From Alphaproteobacteria bacterium (GTDB lineage: Bacteria; Pseudomonadota; Alphaproteobacteria; CAAHEQ01; UBA3637): a stretch of 64,000 bases of DNA. Shown in pieces: positions 17,445 through 27,758 of this stretch; position 1 is the first letter of the stretch, and each line of letters starts with the position of its first letter. Location of the stretch: assembly GCA_045118155.1 (NCBI GenBank), contig JBGUXS010000078.1, forward strand, positions 443 to 64,442, read 5' to 3'. The position numbers and the translations under genes were made by a program. The notes beneath the pieces were generated by a model. It was not told where the DNA came from. It ran no database searches and worked only from the letters and a program-made list of their open reading frames with translations.

Positions 17445-18818
17445 CTATCCCCCAAGAGCTTTATAGATATGAATTAAATCCTGATATAAGGCATGGGTTG
17501 CCTGCACAAGTTCTCTTTGGCCAGCAATTAAATTCTGAAAAGCCGTGAGTACTTCAGAAAATGAAATCAACCCCCCAGTATATTTATCATATGTCAACTG
17601 ATAAACTTGTTGTAAATGGCTTAAACTTTGGTGCCTTAAATCATGAGTTTTTAAATCTTGATCTAACTCAACATAGGCATTTTTCACTTCATGAACCGCC
17701 GTCAGTAAAGCCTTTTCATAAGCAAGCAATTTTTCTTCCTTCATTTCTTTTTGAAGGATAATATTCTGTCGTAATACGCCCCAGTGAAACAACGGGGTAC
17801 TTACCCCAGGAAGTAGATGATATGTATAACTTTTATGATTAAGCAAAGAACTGACTTTATTATCTTGAAATCCCAAAAAAGTAGATAAATTGACTTTTGG
17901 GAAAAGCTCAGCAACAGCCATCCCAACAGCCGCATTTTGCCCAATTAATTCTTCTTCGGCGACACGGACATCTGGCCGATTCCGAAGCAATGAAACGCTA
18001 GCATCATACACCCGATTAACATCAAACAAAAACGGCTCTAAAATAATATTATGGGAACTTGCCAACTCTTTATTAAGCGTATTTGGTAAGTTCCCCAATA
18101 ATAAAGCAAGCGTATTTTTCTCTACCTGTTCTTGGGCTTTTAAGCCAGGTAATGCCGCCTTTGTTTCTGCTAACAAATATTTGGCTTGTTCTAATTCTAA
18201 TTTCGTTTCCAAGCCACTTTGATATTTCTTTTGAACCAAGTGTAACAAATCTTCTTGTGTCTTTATATTGCGCTGTAATAGGGATATCTGAGCTTGGACC
18301 ATACGTAATGACATATAAGCTAACGCTAATTGTGCCTGCACAGAAACAAAGACATTTTTTAATGCTTCTTGGGCCCCACGATAACTACTTTCTGCTTGCT
18401 CTGTCTGGCGACGTCCTCCGCCAAAGATATCTAATTCCCAATTGACATCAAAACCAACTTGATAATAATCTTCCTTAAGCAACATTGGCATAGATTTAGG
18501 CTCTTTTACATAGGTATACCCCGCTTCAATATCCACCATCGGTAAATTCTGCACGGATGTCTTTTTTAAAAAAGCACGTGCTTGTCTTAACCGCATAAGC
18601 GCTTGCCCAATATCTAGATTTTGTTCAGCTGTTTTAGTAAGCATACGGGTTAAAGGGGCTTCGTGAAAATCACTTAAATGAAAAGGTGCGTGAACCTGTT
18701 TGTTTTGAGATAAACCTAAAATTTGAGCCACTTCTTTATCTTCAAAAAAGATGGGACGTTGATAATCCGGTCCAACCGTGCACGAAACCAACACAAAAAA
18801 AAGAATAATTTTTTTCAT
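17445..18818 (-). CDS. RND efflux outer-membrane factor lipoprotein (NodT/TolC family)
   Basis: Lipobox FVLVSCTVGPDYQRP (NodT signature) and two TolC-like repeats. ATGA overlap with the RND pump gene. Confidence 0.88.
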   Translation of the reverse strand: MKKIILFFVLVSCTVGPDYQRPIFFEDKEVAQILGLSQNKQVHAPFHLSDFHEAPLTRMLTKTAEQNLDIGQALMRLRQARAFLKKTSVQNLPMVDIEAGYTYVKEPKSMPMLLKEDYYQVGFDVNWELDIFGGGRRQTEQAESSYRGAQEALKNVFVSVQAQLALAYMSLRMVQAQISLLQRNIKTQEDLLHLVQKKYQSGLETKLELEQAKYLLAETKAALPGLKAQEQVEKNTLALLLGNLPNTLNKELASSHNIILEPFLFDVNRVYDASVSLLRNRPDVRVAEEELIGQNAAVGMAVAELFPKVNLSTFLGFQDNKVSSLLNHKSYTYHLLPGVSTPLFHWGVLRQNIILQKEMKEEKLLAYEKALLTAVHEVKNAYVELDQDLKTHDLRHQSLSHLQQVYQLTYDKYTGGLISFSEVLTAFQNLIAGQRELVQATHALYQDLIHIYKALGG

Positions 18819-21800
18819 ATCTTTTTCCTTTTCCGGCGTATTTTAGGAACCGGAACCTTAAAATAACAGTGACGGCCAATCCCTTCACAAATACCATATA
18901 AGGCCGGAATAAATAAAATCCCAATACATGTAGCCGCTAACATCCCCGCGAATACCGTAACCCCAATGGATATCTGGCTGGAAGCCCCTGCCCCCGTGGC
19001 AAGCAACATAGGGACAACCCCTAAAATAAATGTTAAAGCCGTCATTAATACGGCACGAAAGCGTTCTTTTGCCCCATAAATACAGGATTGAACCAACGAT
19101 TGTCCTTGTCCACGGGCTTGTAAAATAAATTCCACAATTAAAATCGCATTTTTACTAGCAAGACCAATGAGTAATACTAACCCTAGCTGAGCATAAATAC
19201 TTAAAGGAAGGCCCCAAATCATGAGGCCTATCAAGGCCCCTAATAAAGCAAAAACATTTGAAAAAATGACCGAAAATGCCGTTAACCAACTTTCATATAA
19301 CCCAACCAAAAACAAATATCCAAAAATAATTGCCAACACAATTAAAATAAGAACCAAGCCCGATGTTTTAACCTCTTGTAAGCTCAATCCTGTCCAAGCT
19401 AACGCATACTTTGGTCCTAAGTCGTTCACCATTTTTTGCACCTGTTGAATTCCTTGCCCAGAACTCACCTCTTGTTTTGTAGCCGCTGTCACTGGAGCAC
19501 TTAAATACTGGTTAAACCGATACACAATCTTAGGGCTGAGTATGGTTTTGAACTCTATCAAATTTTTAAGGCGCACCATATTTCCACCCAAACTTGGAAC
19601 ATATAAATTTTCAATATTATTTTGATCTTGACGATAGGGGAAAGCCGCTTGTACAATCACTTTGTTAACTTGCCCTTGAACAGGAATATTATTAACATAT
19701 TGAGACCCTAAATTCGCTTGTAATACAGAAAAAATATTAGAAATTGGGACATGATAATTCAACGCTTTTGTACGATCAATTTCCAAAAATAAATGGGGAC
19801 TTCCAGGGGTTAATGTACTAAATCCAAACACAAAATTAGGGCTTTTTCGTATTTTTTGTATAACAGATTGCGTAGATATAAATAATTTTTCAAAAGAAAC
19901 ATCTTCATCTATAGCATTAATTTGAAAAGAAAGGCCATCACTTGTTCCAACGCCAGGAATAGATGGTAAGGCATAAAATTCTATAGATGCTTGCGTATTA
20001 TGCGTATAATTTTCCTGTAAACCATTTAAAATATGTGCTAAAGAAAGTGTTTTTGTTGTTCGTTGTTCCCATGGTTTTAACCCCACTACCCCCATCGCAA
20101 TATTTTCCCCTTGTCCCCCTAAAAAACTAACCCCAACAACAGAAATAAAATAACGAACCCCAGGTAAAGCCAGTATTTTTTGAGATAATTTTTCTAAGAC
20201 CGCTTCTGTCCTATTCCGGCTGGCTGTTTCGGGTAATTGAATATTCGCAAAAATGACCCCCTGATCTTCCTGGGGGATAAAGGAAGTTGGCCTGATAAAA
20301 AACAAGAAAAAAGTTCCAATTAAGGTACAACTAATTAAAAAAGAACTTGTTTTTAGGTGTTCACAAAAAAACCGTACCGCAGATATATATCGCTTTTTTG
20401 TCCACTCTAACATTTCATTAAAAAAATCAAAGATCTTTAAAGGATTCTTACTCTGCCGTCCCAAAAATAAAGCACATAAAGCGGGACTTAACGTCAAGGC
20501 ATTGACCGATGAAAATACAACCGCTGTCGCAATTGTAATTGCAAATTGCTGGTAAATTTTCCCCGTAATCCCCGCCATTAACCCAACAGGAACAAAAATA
20601 GATAACAAGACAAGCGTCGTTGCTATTACCACAGTACTAATATCTTTCATTGCTTGTATAGATGCCTCTTTTGCGGGCAATTTCCTATTTGCCATTAGGT
20701 ATTGCACCCGTTCTACCACAACAATAGCATCATCCACAACCAAACCGATAGCTAAAATAAGGGCAAATAAAGTTAAGATATTAATATCAAATCCTAAGAC
20801 ATAAATAACTGCAAACGTACTGATTAATGATACAGGAATTGTTATCATTGGAATAAATGTCGCAAAGATATTTTGTAAAAAAAGATATACAACCCCAACC
20901 ACCAACAAAAAAGTAATTAATAATGTTTCAATAATCCCTTTTAACGATGCCCGCACAAAATCAGTAGAATCATATACAACTTCTAATTCCAATCCCTCTG
21001 GGAAATGATACGTCAAGGTTTTAATTTCTTGGCGTACTGCCTGCATCGTCTGCAAGGAATTTGTCCCAGGTGTCTGGCTTAAAGCCATAATAACTGCTGG
21101 CTGATTATTAAACAAAGAAGTCATTTGATAGGTATCCGCCCCCCAAGAAACTTCTGCCACATCTTTCAACCTAACAATTCCCCCTTTAGTATCCACAGCA
21201 ACCACAATTTCTTCAAAATCAGAAACACTTTTTAAAAATCCCTTTGCGCTTAAGGTTAAAACAAAAGCATTTGTCACAGGACTTGGGGCTGCCCCCAAAG
21301 ATCCAACACTAGCTTGAACATTCTGATTTTCAATTGCCTGAATAATATCTTGAGAACTTAATCCTAAAGCATTTAACTTCATAGGATTTATCCAAACACG
21401 AATACTATGTTGTGGGCCATAAACTGTTACATCCCCAACCCCATGTACCCGAGATAGTGGATTTTTTAAATAGGTATATGCATAATTACTTAAAAACAAA
21501 TCCGAATAAGAGTTATTTTTCCCTTTTAAAACAAGCATCCCTAGCATATTTGCTGATTGTAATTTTACTTCTATCCCTTCTTGACGAACTATAGGGGGCA
21601 GAATAGGTTCTACCTGTTGTAACCGATTTTGTACTTTAACCTGAGCTATATCAGGGTCGGTCCCAATATTAAAAGTAATGGTCAATTGATAAACACCATT
21701 ATCATTTGAAGTAGAAGACATATATAACATATCTTCAACCCCATTAATTTCATTTTCAATTGGAATAGCCACTGTCTCTGTTAGAATTTGAGCATTTGCA

Positions 21801-21958
21801 CCGGGATAATTAACTGAAACAATCACTTGCGGAGGGGTAATATCTGGATATTGGGAAATTGGCAACACACTTATCGCTAATCCCCCCAACAAAACCATTA
21901 CAATAGCAATAACGGCCGCAAACCTAGGATGAGTAATACAAAATTGGGAACCCGTCAT
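18815..21958 (-). CDS. RND multidrug efflux transporter permease (AcrB/HAE1 family)
   Basis: 1047 aa with a 12-TM architecture. Motifs FCITHPRFAAVIAIVMVLLG, AIGLVVDDAIVVVE and LLIGLASKNAILIVEF. Confidence 0.93.
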   Translation of the reverse strand: MTGSQFCITHPRFAAVIAIVMVLLGGLAISVLPISQYPDITPPQVIVSVNYPGANAQILTETVAIPIENEINGVEDMLYMSSTSNDNGVYQLTITFNIGTDPDIAQVKVQNRLQQVEPILPPIVRQEGIEVKLQSANMLGMLVLKGKNNSYSDLFLSNYAYTYLKNPLSRVHGVGDVTVYGPQHSIRVWINPMKLNALGLSSQDIIQAIENQNVQASVGSLGAAPSPVTNAFVLTLSAKGFLKSVSDFEEIVVAVDTKGGIVRLKDVAEVSWGADTYQMTSLFNNQPAVIMALSQTPGTNSLQTMQAVRQEIKTLTYHFPEGLELEVVYDSTDFVRASLKGIIETLLITFLLVVGVVYLFLQNIFATFIPMITIPVSLISTFAVIYVLGFDINILTLFALILAIGLVVDDAIVVVERVQYLMANRKLPAKEASIQAMKDISTVVIATTLVLLSIFVPVGLMAGITGKIYQQFAITIATAVVFSSVNALTLSPALCALFLGRQSKNPLKIFDFFNEMLEWTKKRYISAVRFFCEHLKTSSFLISCTLIGTFFLFFIRPTSFIPQEDQGVIFANIQLPETASRNRTEAVLEKLSQKILALPGVRYFISVVGVSFLGGQGENIAMGVVGLKPWEQRTTKTLSLAHILNGLQENYTHNTQASIEFYALPSIPGVGTSDGLSFQINAIDEDVSFEKLFISTQSVIQKIRKSPNFVFGFSTLTPGSPHLFLEIDRTKALNYHVPISNIFSVLQANLGSQYVNNIPVQGQVNKVIVQAAFPYRQDQNNIENLYVPSLGGNMVRLKNLIEFKTILSPKIVYRFNQYLSAPVTAATKQEVSSGQGIQQVQKMVNDLGPKYALAWTGLSLQEVKTSGLVLILIVLAIIFGYLFLVGLYESWLTAFSVIFSNVFALLGALIGLMIWGLPLSIYAQLGLVLLIGLASKNAILIVEFILQARGQGQSLVQSCIYGAKERFRAVLMTALTFILGVVPMLLATGAGASSQISIGVTVFAGMLAATCIGILFIPALYGICEGIGRHCYFKVPVPKIRRKRKKI

Positions 21959-23088
21959 TCTTCCTCCACTGACGAAGCAATGTTTGCTTTTTTCCCAATA
22001 TTTTCACTTCCCATAGAGGTCATGACGACTTTTTCTCCTGTCGTCAATCCCTTTAAAATAACAACATTTTCTCCCTGAACTGGCCCCAGAGATAATTGCC
22101 GCTTTTCAATAATTTGCTGATTATTTACTATAAAAACAAAAGGGATGTCTTCTTCCCAAGATAATTGATCTAACGACAGAACAAAAACATCATGAAGTGT
22201 TTTTTCTAACAAAACATCCACGTATGCTTGGGTAACAAGTAATCTTTGCCCATTTGAAAAATCAGCATACATCGTTAACGCATTTGTTTTAGAATTAATT
22301 TCATTATTTGTATAACTCAATGTTCCTGTTTCCGGATACCGCCGACCATCCGCTAGTTGCAAAGAGATTGTCCAATCTTCAAATGGCAGATGATGCGCAC
22401 TATATGATTCTACATAATCTTTATCCGAAATAGAAAACATAACCCTAATAGGATCTTCTTGAATAATACGCACCAATGCATCGCTTGAAGGTGCTACATA
22501 ATCCCCCAAAGATACTTTAATCGTTCCAATACGTCCAGAAATAGGGGCACAAATCGTTGTATAATCATAATTGACTTTAGCGACCTGCTCGGCGGCCTTA
22601 GCGGCCTCTAATGAGGCTAAAGCCGATAAAAAAGAAGCTTTTCCTTCATCCAATTGTGCTAAGGCAACCGCTTTTTCCCCTGTTTTTAGCAAACGTTGGT
22701 AATATTGATGCGCATTCACCAAAGTCGCTTCTGCAGATAAAACGTTTGCCTGTTCTAAGGCTAATTTCGCTTTATATTCATCTTGTTTTAAAATAAAAAG
22801 GGTTTGTCCTTCTAAAACATCTGCCCCATCTTCAACCAAAATATCTTCAATAAAACCGGCAAGAAAAGGGTGCACCTCTACGGAATTAATCGGCATCACA
22901 TATCCAATATAACGCCGTTGCAATGTCAATTCCTGTGGAACCATTTTTTTAACTTGGACTGTTAATGGCAAGACCTTTTTTTCTTCAAAAGGAGGGGACA
23001 TAAAACAATATCGCCCAACCCCTAAACTTCCTAAAATACATATCCCCAATATCCAAATCCATTTTTTTAAGCGCGTTCTATGTGCCAT
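21955..23088 (-). CDS. RND efflux periplasmic adaptor (membrane fusion protein)
   Basis: TM anchor, alpha-hairpin region (LEQANVLSAEATL), ICAPISGRIG lipoyl motif. The start is taken at MAHRTRLKK; the ORF is open to 23136. Confidence 0.85.
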   Translation of the reverse strand: MAHRTRLKKWIWILGICILGSLGVGRYCFMSPPFEEKKVLPLTVQVKKMVPQELTLQRRYIGYVMPINSVEVHPFLAGFIEDILVEDGADVLEGQTLFILKQDEYKAKLALEQANVLSAEATLVNAHQYYQRLLKTGEKAVALAQLDEGKASFLSALASLEAAKAAEQVAKVNYDYTTICAPISGRIGTIKVSLGDYVAPSSDALVRIIQEDPIRVMFSISDKDYVESYSAHHLPFEDWTISLQLADGRRYPETGTLSYTNNEINSKTNALTMYADFSNGQRLLVTQAYVDVLLEKTLHDVFVLSLDQLSWEEDIPFVFIVNNQQIIEKRQLSLGPVQGENVVILKGLTTGEKVVMTSMGSENIGKKANIASSVEEE

Positions 23089-23969
23089 GGGGTCCTCATT
23101 TTCGTATTTGTTAAGAAAATACCTAATAAAATACATCCACCACCGATAACTTCAGTCCATACAAGAGATTCTTTGAGTAAAAAGAAAGCCTCTATCGTAC
23201 TAAAAATAGGCATTAAATAATACACAACACTTACTTTAATTGATCCTAATTTTTCCAGGGCCTTATTCCAGAAAAAATAAGCCAGAACAGAATTAAAAAT
23301 GCCCATATACAACATAATTCCCAATACACCCCAAGTTAAATGTTCTTGAATCAATGGGAATCGAATCGTTTCATAAATAAAAAACGGTAAGCAACCCAAC
23401 GCCCCCACCACAATTCCAACCGTTAAAAGACTTTCTTGAGACAAAGTTGAAGGTTTGGTGGACATTAAATAGCTATAAAAACCAAAACTACACGCCATAG
23501 CGACCATCCAAAAATCCCCCATTTGAAAAGGAAAATGAAAGATTTCCTGTAAACGACCTTTCAAAATAATTACAAAAACCCCAATAACAGCAAACAACAT
23601 ACCTATCTTTGCTCTCTTGTTAATAAAAGCTCCCCCTAAAAAATGGGCAAACAACAACAAAAAAACGGGCCCTGTAACTGAAATTAAAGACATTTGTACC
23701 GCAGACAGGGTATAACTGGCGTAATAAACACATGTATTGCAAAACGTGATTCCAATTAAAGAAGAATAAAGAATAAACTTCCATTCTCTCTTAAGATACA
23801 TTTTTTCTTTCATGACCCGCTTATACGTAAACGGAACAAGGCAAATTCCAGCAATTGCCCACCTAAAAAATGCTATTTGCCAAGGGGTTAAAATCCCTTG
23901 CAGGGCACTTCCAACAATAACATTAAAACTCCAAAAAAAAACAGCTAGTATCGCCAGCATATATGCCAT
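23067..23969 (-). CDS. DMT-superfamily (EamA-like) transporter
   Basis: 10 predicted TM helices in two EamA repeats. The start is taken at MAYMLAILAVFFW. Confidence 0.8.
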   Translation of the reverse strand: MAYMLAILAVFFWSFNVIVGSALQGILTPWQIAFFRWAIAGICLVPFTYKRVMKEKMYLKREWKFILYSSLIGITFCNTCVYYASYTLSAVQMSLISVTGPVFLLLFAHFLGGAFINKRAKIGMLFAVIGVFVIILKGRLQEIFHFPFQMGDFWMVAMACSFGFYSYLMSTKPSTLSQESLLTVGIVVGALGCLPFFIYETIRFPLIQEHLTWGVLGIMLYMGIFNSVLAYFFWNKALEKLGSIKVSVVYYLMPIFSTIEAFFLLKESLVWTEVIGGGCILLGIFLTNTKMRTPWHIERA

Positions 23970-24033
23970 GTAATATTCCCCTTTAAAAGGGGATATAAGG
24001 GGGGAAAACAAGAGATACTACATAAACTTTAGT

Positions 24034-24068
24034 ATAAAAAAAGGGGGGAATAATTGCTTCCCCCTTTT
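24034..24068 (-). terminator. Rho-independent terminator after rne
   Basis: The minus strand reads GGGGGAA-GCAAUUA-UUCCCCCC-UUUUUUUAU, about 20 nt after the rne stop. Confidence 0.8.
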
Positions 24069-24086
24069 CAATAATAATTCTTCAAT

Positions 24087-26123
24087 CTATGGCATTAATT
24101 TATTCCACCAACCTTTTTTCCCTTTTGGACTAGGTTCAGGTGTTTTTTCTGCCTGAGATTCTTGTTCTTTTGAAGATTTTTCTTTAGTTTTTCCTGAAGT
24201 TCTTTTTTTAGGGGCATCAGGTTCTTGACGTCGTTTCGCATCAAATAATACTAAAGATTCCTGAGGGACAACCTTAAATTTTTCTTCAGCAGTTTTTTCT
24301 TCTGTACCCCCATTTCCTTTTTCCTTCTTGGCTTTAAAAGACTTTTTACCCCGTGTATTTTGTTTGTTTTTTTCTTTTGTATCTTTTTCTTCCTTAATTT
24401 GTTCCACTTTTTCTTCTTTTACCGTTTCCTTTTTCTCAGGGGTTGGCTTTTTCTGAAAAATCTTTCTTAACGTACTTGTGGGTTTTTCTTCCACAGGCAA
24501 AGGTTCTTCGCGTTCTGTTTTTTCTAAACGATAATCCGTTAAAACCTGCATATCTGGATCAATCATAATCCGTAAGCTGAATTTGCCTTTTTCTTCTAGT
24601 TCTGTCAACGAAGACCGTGTATTATTCAACAAATACAACGCCACCTTTTCTGGCACAAAAACAATCACATTTTTATTGATAAGTTCTGTTCCGAACCCTT
24701 CTAACAAATGGATCATCCTAATGGCGCAAGATTCCACCGTCCGAACCCGTCCCTTTCCTGCACAACAAGGGCATGGGACATATGAACTTTCCAATACACT
24801 AGAATGTAATCGTTGCCGAGACATTTCCATTAAACCAAAACCCGATATTTTCCCCATTTGAATACGGGCCCGGTCATGACGTAATGCTTCCCGCAAAGCA
24901 CGTTCAATATGTGCATTATTCTTTGGTTCCATCATATCAATAAAATCAATCACAACAAGCCCTGCTAAATCTCTAAGCCGCAATTGACGGGCCAATTCTT
25001 CGCAAGCTTCCAAATTCGTTTTTAAAGCGGTTTCTTCTAAATCCCGTTCCCGAATTGCCCGACCCGAATTCACATCCACCGTTACCATGGCCTCGGTCTG
25101 ATCAATCACTAAATATCCACCAGATTTAAGCTGAGCAACATTGTTATACAAAACCTCTATCTGATTTTCTATTTGGTATTTAGAAAACAATGGGATATCC
25201 CCCCGATATTGAGTTACTTTTTTAGCTTGAGAAGGAAGAAGTAACTTAACAAAATCTTTTACCGATTTAAATGTATCAACCCCTTCTACAAAAACATCTT
25301 CTATATCCGCTGTAAAAACATCCCGCAAAGAACGCTTAATAATATCCCCTTCTTCATGAATCAATTTCGGGGCAATAGAAGATAACGTTTGTTCCCGAAT
25401 TTTCATCCAAGTTTTGATTAAATAATCATAGTCCCGACGAATATCCGTTTTTTTCTTTTCTTGACCGGCTGTTCTAATAATAACACTCATTCCTTCCGGA
25501 ATAGGCAACTTACTGACAATTTCTTTTAAATTCTTACGTTCTTTAACATTCGTAATTTTCCGAGAAATACCAGCCCCTCGCCCATTATTTGGCATCAAAA
25601 CACTATACCGTCCCGCCAAAGAAAGATATGTCGTCAAGGCCGCCCCTTTATTACCACGTTCTTCTTTAATAACTTGGACCAACATGACTTGCCCATGATG
25701 AATCACTTCTTGAATTTTGTATTTTTTAAAAAAAGATGTTTTGGGAATATGAACATCATCCGAAGCCGGGGCAGAAACAACCTCAACATCCCCTTCCACC
25801 GCGGCATCATCTTCCATATCATCACTATCTTTATCTTCTTGGTTAATCAGCTGTTTTAAAGCTTCCTTATCCGCAACTGGAATTTGATAATAATCAGGAT
25901 GAATCCCACTAAACGGTAAAAAACCGTGCCGATGACCACCATAATCTACAAAAGCGGCTTGTAAAGAAGGTTCAACCCGAATAACCTTCGCTAAATAGAT
26001 ATTTCCTTTAATCTGTTTTTTTGTGGATGTATCCACATCCATCTCAACCAATTTCCCATCATCCACGACAGCCACACGGACTTCCTCAGGATGACGCGCA
26101 TCAATAAGCATCTGTTTTGACAT
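24087..26123 (-). CDS. rne: Ribonuclease E/G family endoribonuclease with a K/E-rich C-terminal tail
   Basis: MLIDARHPEEVRVAVVDDGKLVEMD, S1 domain GNIYLAKVIRVEPSLQAAFVDYG, LVVIDFIDM and CPCCAGKG. The promoter at 26269-26297 falls inside the longer track ORF, which supports the 26123 start. Confidence 0.92.
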   Translation of the reverse strand: MSKQMLIDARHPEEVRVAVVDDGKLVEMDVDTSTKKQIKGNIYLAKVIRVEPSLQAAFVDYGGHRHGFLPFSGIHPDYYQIPVADKEALKQLINQEDKDSDDMEDDAAVEGDVEVVSAPASDDVHIPKTSFFKKYKIQEVIHHGQVMLVQVIKEERGNKGAALTTYLSLAGRYSVLMPNNGRGAGISRKITNVKERKNLKEIVSKLPIPEGMSVIIRTAGQEKKKTDIRRDYDYLIKTWMKIREQTLSSIAPKLIHEEGDIIKRSLRDVFTADIEDVFVEGVDTFKSVKDFVKLLLPSQAKKVTQYRGDIPLFSKYQIENQIEVLYNNVAQLKSGGYLVIDQTEAMVTVDVNSGRAIRERDLEETALKTNLEACEELARQLRLRDLAGLVVIDFIDMMEPKNNAHIERALREALRHDRARIQMGKISGFGLMEMSRQRLHSSVLESSYVPCPCCAGKGRVRTVESCAIRMIHLLEGFGTELINKNVIVFVPEKVALYLLNNTRSSLTELEEKGKFSLRIMIDPDMQVLTDYRLEKTEREEPLPVEEKPTSTLRKIFQKKPTPEKKETVKEEKVEQIKEEKDTKEKNKQNTRGKKSFKAKKEKGNGGTEEKTAEEKFKVVPQESLVLFDAKRRQEPDAPKKRTSGKTKEKSSKEQESQAEKTPEPSPKGKKGWWNKLMP

Positions 26124-26268
26124 AAATTCCCCACTAATATTTTTTGAAAACAAGGCGTATCGGCGGTAAGGCTTACCCCTAATAAAGTAAAAAGCCCTAA
26201 ATAAATCATCAACATAGTTCCGCCAATCCGTAAAAAAACTTAAAACAATATTTTCTATTGCGTTTGTT

Positions 26269-26297
26269 ATTATACCGATATACAATCCAAGAATCAA
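26269..26297 (-). promoter_or_regulatory. sigma70 promoter for rne (TTGATT-17-TATAAT) giving a ~140-nt 5' UTR
   Basis: The minus strand reads CTTGATTCTTGGATTGTATATCGGTATAAT. Confidence 0.6.
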
Positions 26298-26322
26298 GTT
26301 ATTTTTTAAAGGGCCTTTATTT

Positions 26323-27459
26323 ATGCGTATCTTATACTTGTTTTTAATGGCTTTTTTGTTTGCTTTCCCCTCGTTAGGGGTAACGGTTCAAGATGTTCGT
26401 TTTTCGGCATCCTCTCCTCAAAAAGTACGGTTGGTTGCTGATTTATCCGAAAAAACAGAAGCTAAAGTTTTTAGGTTACAAAATCCCCCACGGTTAGTTG
26501 TTGATTTTGAAAAGGCAACTTTTTCTTCTGTTGTTAAAAATAATACTTTTAAACCTGTTGCCTTCATTGAAGGAATTCGTTTAGGGGTTCCTCAACCTAA
26601 TATCGGGCGGCTTGTCTTGGATATTCCCACAAAAGATTTAACCGAAAACCACTTTTTCCTTCCTCCGGGGGCGGGGAAAACTTGGCGTTTTGTCATTGAT
26701 TTAACGTTGGCCGAATCTACAAATTCAGAGGCAACAACTTACCATAAGGGGCTTACACCATTTCCAGCAAAAGCCCCCCGACAAAAAATTGTCATGTTGG
26801 ATCCGGGGCATGGGGGGCAAGATCCAGGGGCGATTTCTTCCACGGGGAAGTATGAAAAACACTTAACACTTTTATTTGCCAATGAAGCTAAAAAAGTGTT
26901 AGAAAAAAAAGGGTATACCGTTTATATGACCCGAACAAATGATACGGCCGTTTCTCTTCGATCCCGTATAGAAAAAGCCCATAAACACAATGCCGATATT
27001 TTTATTTCTATCCACGCCGACAGTGCCAAAAATAAATCCGCAAAAGGATTATCTATTTACACGATTTCTGAAAAAGCCTCTGATGCAGAAGCAGCCGCCT
27101 TAGCCGAACGTGAAAACAAAGCGGATATCATTTTAGGGATCAATCTAGAAGAATACCAAGAATCTATTGGCAACATTTTAATTGACTTAGCTAAACGCGA
27201 TACTATGGATAAATCTGCCCAATATGCAGAACTCTTTGTCAAGGAAGTTAAGCATACCGCCCAACTAAAAACCACCCCTCATCGCTTTGCTGGATTTGTG
27301 GTTTTAAAATCACCAAACATACCATCTGTTCTAATAGAACTTGGATATCTTTCCAACAAGAAAGAAGAAAAGATGCTTCAAAAGAAATCCTACCGAGCCG
27401 AAATCATTACTGCCCTTGCTAAAGGCTTAGATCAATACTTTAAAGAATTGGGGGATTGA
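26323..27459 (+). CDS. N-acetylmuramoyl-L-alanine amidase (AMIN domain + Amidase_3)
   Basis: Signal peptide, AMIN-like VRLVADLSEKTEAKVFRLQNPPRLVVDF, IVMLDPGHGGQDPGA, ISIHADS and VLIELGYLSN. Confidence 0.9.
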   Translation: MRILYLFLMAFLFAFPSLGVTVQDVRFSASSPQKVRLVADLSEKTEAKVFRLQNPPRLVVDFEKATFSSVVKNNTFKPVAFIEGIRLGVPQPNIGRLVLDIPTKDLTENHFFLPPGAGKTWRFVIDLTLAESTNSEATTYHKGLTPFPAKAPRQKIVMLDPGHGGQDPGAISSTGKYEKHLTLLFANEAKKVLEKKGYTVYMTRTNDTAVSLRSRIEKAHKHNADIFISIHADSAKNKSAKGLSIYTISEKASDAEAAALAERENKADIILGINLEEYQESIGNILIDLAKRDTMDKSAQYAELFVKEVKHTAQLKTTPHRFAGFVVLKSPNIPSVLIELGYLSNKKEEKMLQKKSYRAEIITALAKGLDQYFKELGD

Positions 27460-27758
27460 TGCCACCATTTTTAAGCCCTGATGAAGATTCGTGTCTTTTA
27501 CACATTTTATTGGTTCCTAATGCTAAAGAAAATAAGATTTATGGTCTTTTTAATGAACGATTAAAACTTTATATTTCTGCCCCAGCTGTGGACGGAAAAG
27601 CGAATAAAGCTTTAATTAAATACCTGGCTGATCTCTTTAACCTAAAAAAAAATCAGATTTCCTTGATACAAGGGGAAAGATCCCATCAAAAAACAGTACG
27701 ACTAGATGCCCCTATTGACCACATCTGTACTTGTTTAAGTCAACATATTTCCGTGTAA
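27456..27758 (+). CDS. DUF167 (YggU-like) protein
   Basis: LLVPNAKENKIYG and LKLYISAPAVDGKANKALIKYLADLF. Confidence 0.8.
   Translation: MMPPFLSPDEDSCLLHILLVPNAKENKIYGLFNERLKLYISAPAVDGKANKALIKYLADLFNLKKNQISLIQGERSHQKTVRLDAPIDHICTCLSQHISV

Noticed and set aside
24087-24500. K/E-rich repetitive 3' region of rne (and the pnp 3' tail at 11236-11330) as a separate gene or tandem-repeat element
   Set aside because: It is in frame and continuous with the catalytic domains. Low-complexity scaffolding tails are normal for RNase E, and no exact DNA tandem repeat is visible.
26124-26297. 58-codon N-terminal extension of the rne ORF
   Set aside because: It contains a consensus promoter, and the conserved RNase E N-terminus begins at 26123. 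I treat it as 5' UTR.
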